Source: an uncultured Acidobacteriota bacterium
GTDB lineage: Bacteria; Acidobacteriota; Thermoanaerobaculia; Multivoradales; UBA5704
Assembly: GCA_963770895.1 (NCBI GenBank)
Contig: CAVYRF010000002.1
Span: 3,360,001-3,424,000, forward strand
Reading direction: 5' to 3'
DNA length: 64,000 bases
Under the pieces are notes generated by a model. That model had not been told where the DNA came from and searched no databases. It was given only the letters and a program-made list of their open reading frames with translations. Positions 63,540 through 64,000 of the stretch are shown here, piece by piece. Position 1 is the stretch's first letter. Each line of letters starts with the position of its first letter. The position numbers and the translations under genes are program-made.

Positions 63540-64000
63540 ATGGAGACTCTCTGGCAGGACATCCGGTTCACCCTCAGGACCCTGGCACGCAATCTCGGCT
63601 TTGCATGCATTGCGGTCTTCACTCTCGCGGTGGGAGTCGGCGCCACGACCACCGTCGCCACCGTCGCCGGCGCCGTGCTGCTGCACAGCCTGCCCTACCC
63701 CGATCCCCAGCACCTGCTGGTGCTGCAGGGCTACAAGAACGAAAAGGGGACGTTGGAAACCTTTCTCACCTCCTATCTCGACTACCGCGACTGGAAGAAC
63801 CGGCTGACCTCGTTTTCCGCACTGGGCGCCTACAACGGCCCCAAGAGCATGAACCTGCTGAGCGCCGGCGAGCCGGACCGGGTCAACGCCGAGATCGCCG
63901 ATTCCGACTACTTCCGCCTGCTGGGGGCGCAGCCGGCGCTCGGCCGCACGCTCACCCGCCAGGACGACGCCAACCCAGGTGCGTCGCGCGTTGCGGTGCT
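63540..64000 (+). CDS. ABC transporter permease (MacB-like, ADOP-type), 3' partial
   Basis: GGAGG RBS; METLWQDIRFTLRTLARNLGF..TLAVGVGATT..LPYPDPQHL..SYLDYRDW. Confidence 0.88.
   Translation, partial: METLWQDIRFTLRTLARNLGFACIAVFTLAVGVGATTTVATVAGAVLLHSLPYPDPQHLLVLQGYKNEKGTLETFLTSYLDYRDWKNRLTSFSALGAYNGPKSMNLLSAGEPDRVNAEIADSDYFRLLGAQPALGRTLTRQDDANPGASRVAV

Overview
Very GC-rich bacterial DNA. The ADOP-type permease, the PPC-type secreted domain and an MKKxxxLSLxRE leader suggest Acidobacteriota, Thermoanaerobaculia-like (inference). The first ~36 kb is an accessory mosaic. It holds a decayed sensor/response-regulator fusion, a GT4 glycosyltransferase, a CocE/NonD hydrolase and an S10 carboxypeptidase present twice (1.78-kb direct repeat, 29.4 kb apart). 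It also has an orphan IS21-type end, a transmembrane Ser/Thr kinase / PP2C / FHA / FHA-trypsin / TIR locus, and a complete IS256 splitting a secreted 8-Cys defensin-like peptide gene. Further on are an ECF sigma + TPR kinase pair, a coupled metallophosphoesterase - trypsin - caspase operon, a collagen-like protein and an orphan RiPP precursor. The last ~28 kb is a lipopeptide NRPS/PKS cluster: methyltransferase, desaturase, FAAL-ACP-(C-A-T)x3, KS-AT-KR-DH-ACP-(C-A-T)x2-C with a +1 frameshift in the KS, then an ABC permease. The best candidates for an undescribed system are the phosphoesterase-trypsin-caspase operon (26.6-31.3 kb) and the kinase/FHA/trypsin/TIR locus (7.3-14.9 kb). All calls rest on motifs read by eye; no searches were run.
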